IMG/VR virus record: IMGVR_UViG_3300025886_000023
Coordinates: 1 to 58,963 of that record
Source of the DNA: a virus
Lineage: Duplodnaviria > Caudoviricetes
Length of the DNA stretch: 58,963 bases
Direction: 5' to 3' (one strand)
A program made the position numbers and the translations under genes. A model generated the notes under the pieces. It was not told the DNA's origin. It did no database searches and saw nothing but the letters and a program-made list of their open reading frames with translations. This document shows positions 58,911 through 58,963 of the stretch, one piece after another (position 1 is the first letter of the stretch; each line of letters opens with the position of its first letter).

Positions 58911-58963
58911 TGGATAAATTTAAAAAACTCGATCAACTGATTGAACAAGTCTTGGCTGAGAGA
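58910..58963 (+). CDS. Start of a hypothetical protein (truncated)
   Basis: MDKFKKLDQLIEQVLAER, coupled to the endolysin stop. Confidence 0.5.
   Translation, partial: MDKFKKLDQLIEQVLAER

Noticed and set aside
1-58963. Stop-codon reassignment
   Set aside because: Conserved genes are full length in the standard code; TAA, TAG and TGA all end genes at expected positions
1-58963. tRNA, rRNA, integrase or transposase genes
   Set aside because: None recognised; intergenic gaps are short and mostly explained by promoters and terminators

Overview
A 59-kb fragment of a large, AT-rich, T4-like myophage genome; all credible genes are on the + strand and read in the standard genetic code. 1-29.8 kb is the virion module: prohead protease, a phage-encoded ribosomal protein bS21, paralogous fibre/decoration genes, scaffold, major capsid protein, neck, sheath, two tail tubes, chaperone, tape measure and baseplate. 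29.8-59 kb covers replication, nucleotide metabolism and host takeover: minimal PolA, degenerate tubulin-like protein, SSB, MORC/GHKL ATPase, RecA, 5'-3' exonuclease, DnaB-like helicase, class II RNR, ThyX, DnaE, dUTPase, GroES-, DnaJ-, ClpP- and Hc1-like proteins, an R-M pair, two orphan MTases and an endolysin. Two promoter classes are visible: sigma70-type TTGACA-N16/17-TATATT/TATAAT/TACATT and a late motif (A)CTA(A/T)TTA. Main leads: accessory cassettes bounded by duplicated regulatory elements; a pervasive [S/T]-[G/A/S]-[S/T] motif in outer virion proteins; a candidate +1 frameshift at the tail chaperone; dispersed late genes that look like protease-processed head cargo; apparent CCWGG and ACGT avoidance. 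All calls come from motif recognition by eye; no searches were run.
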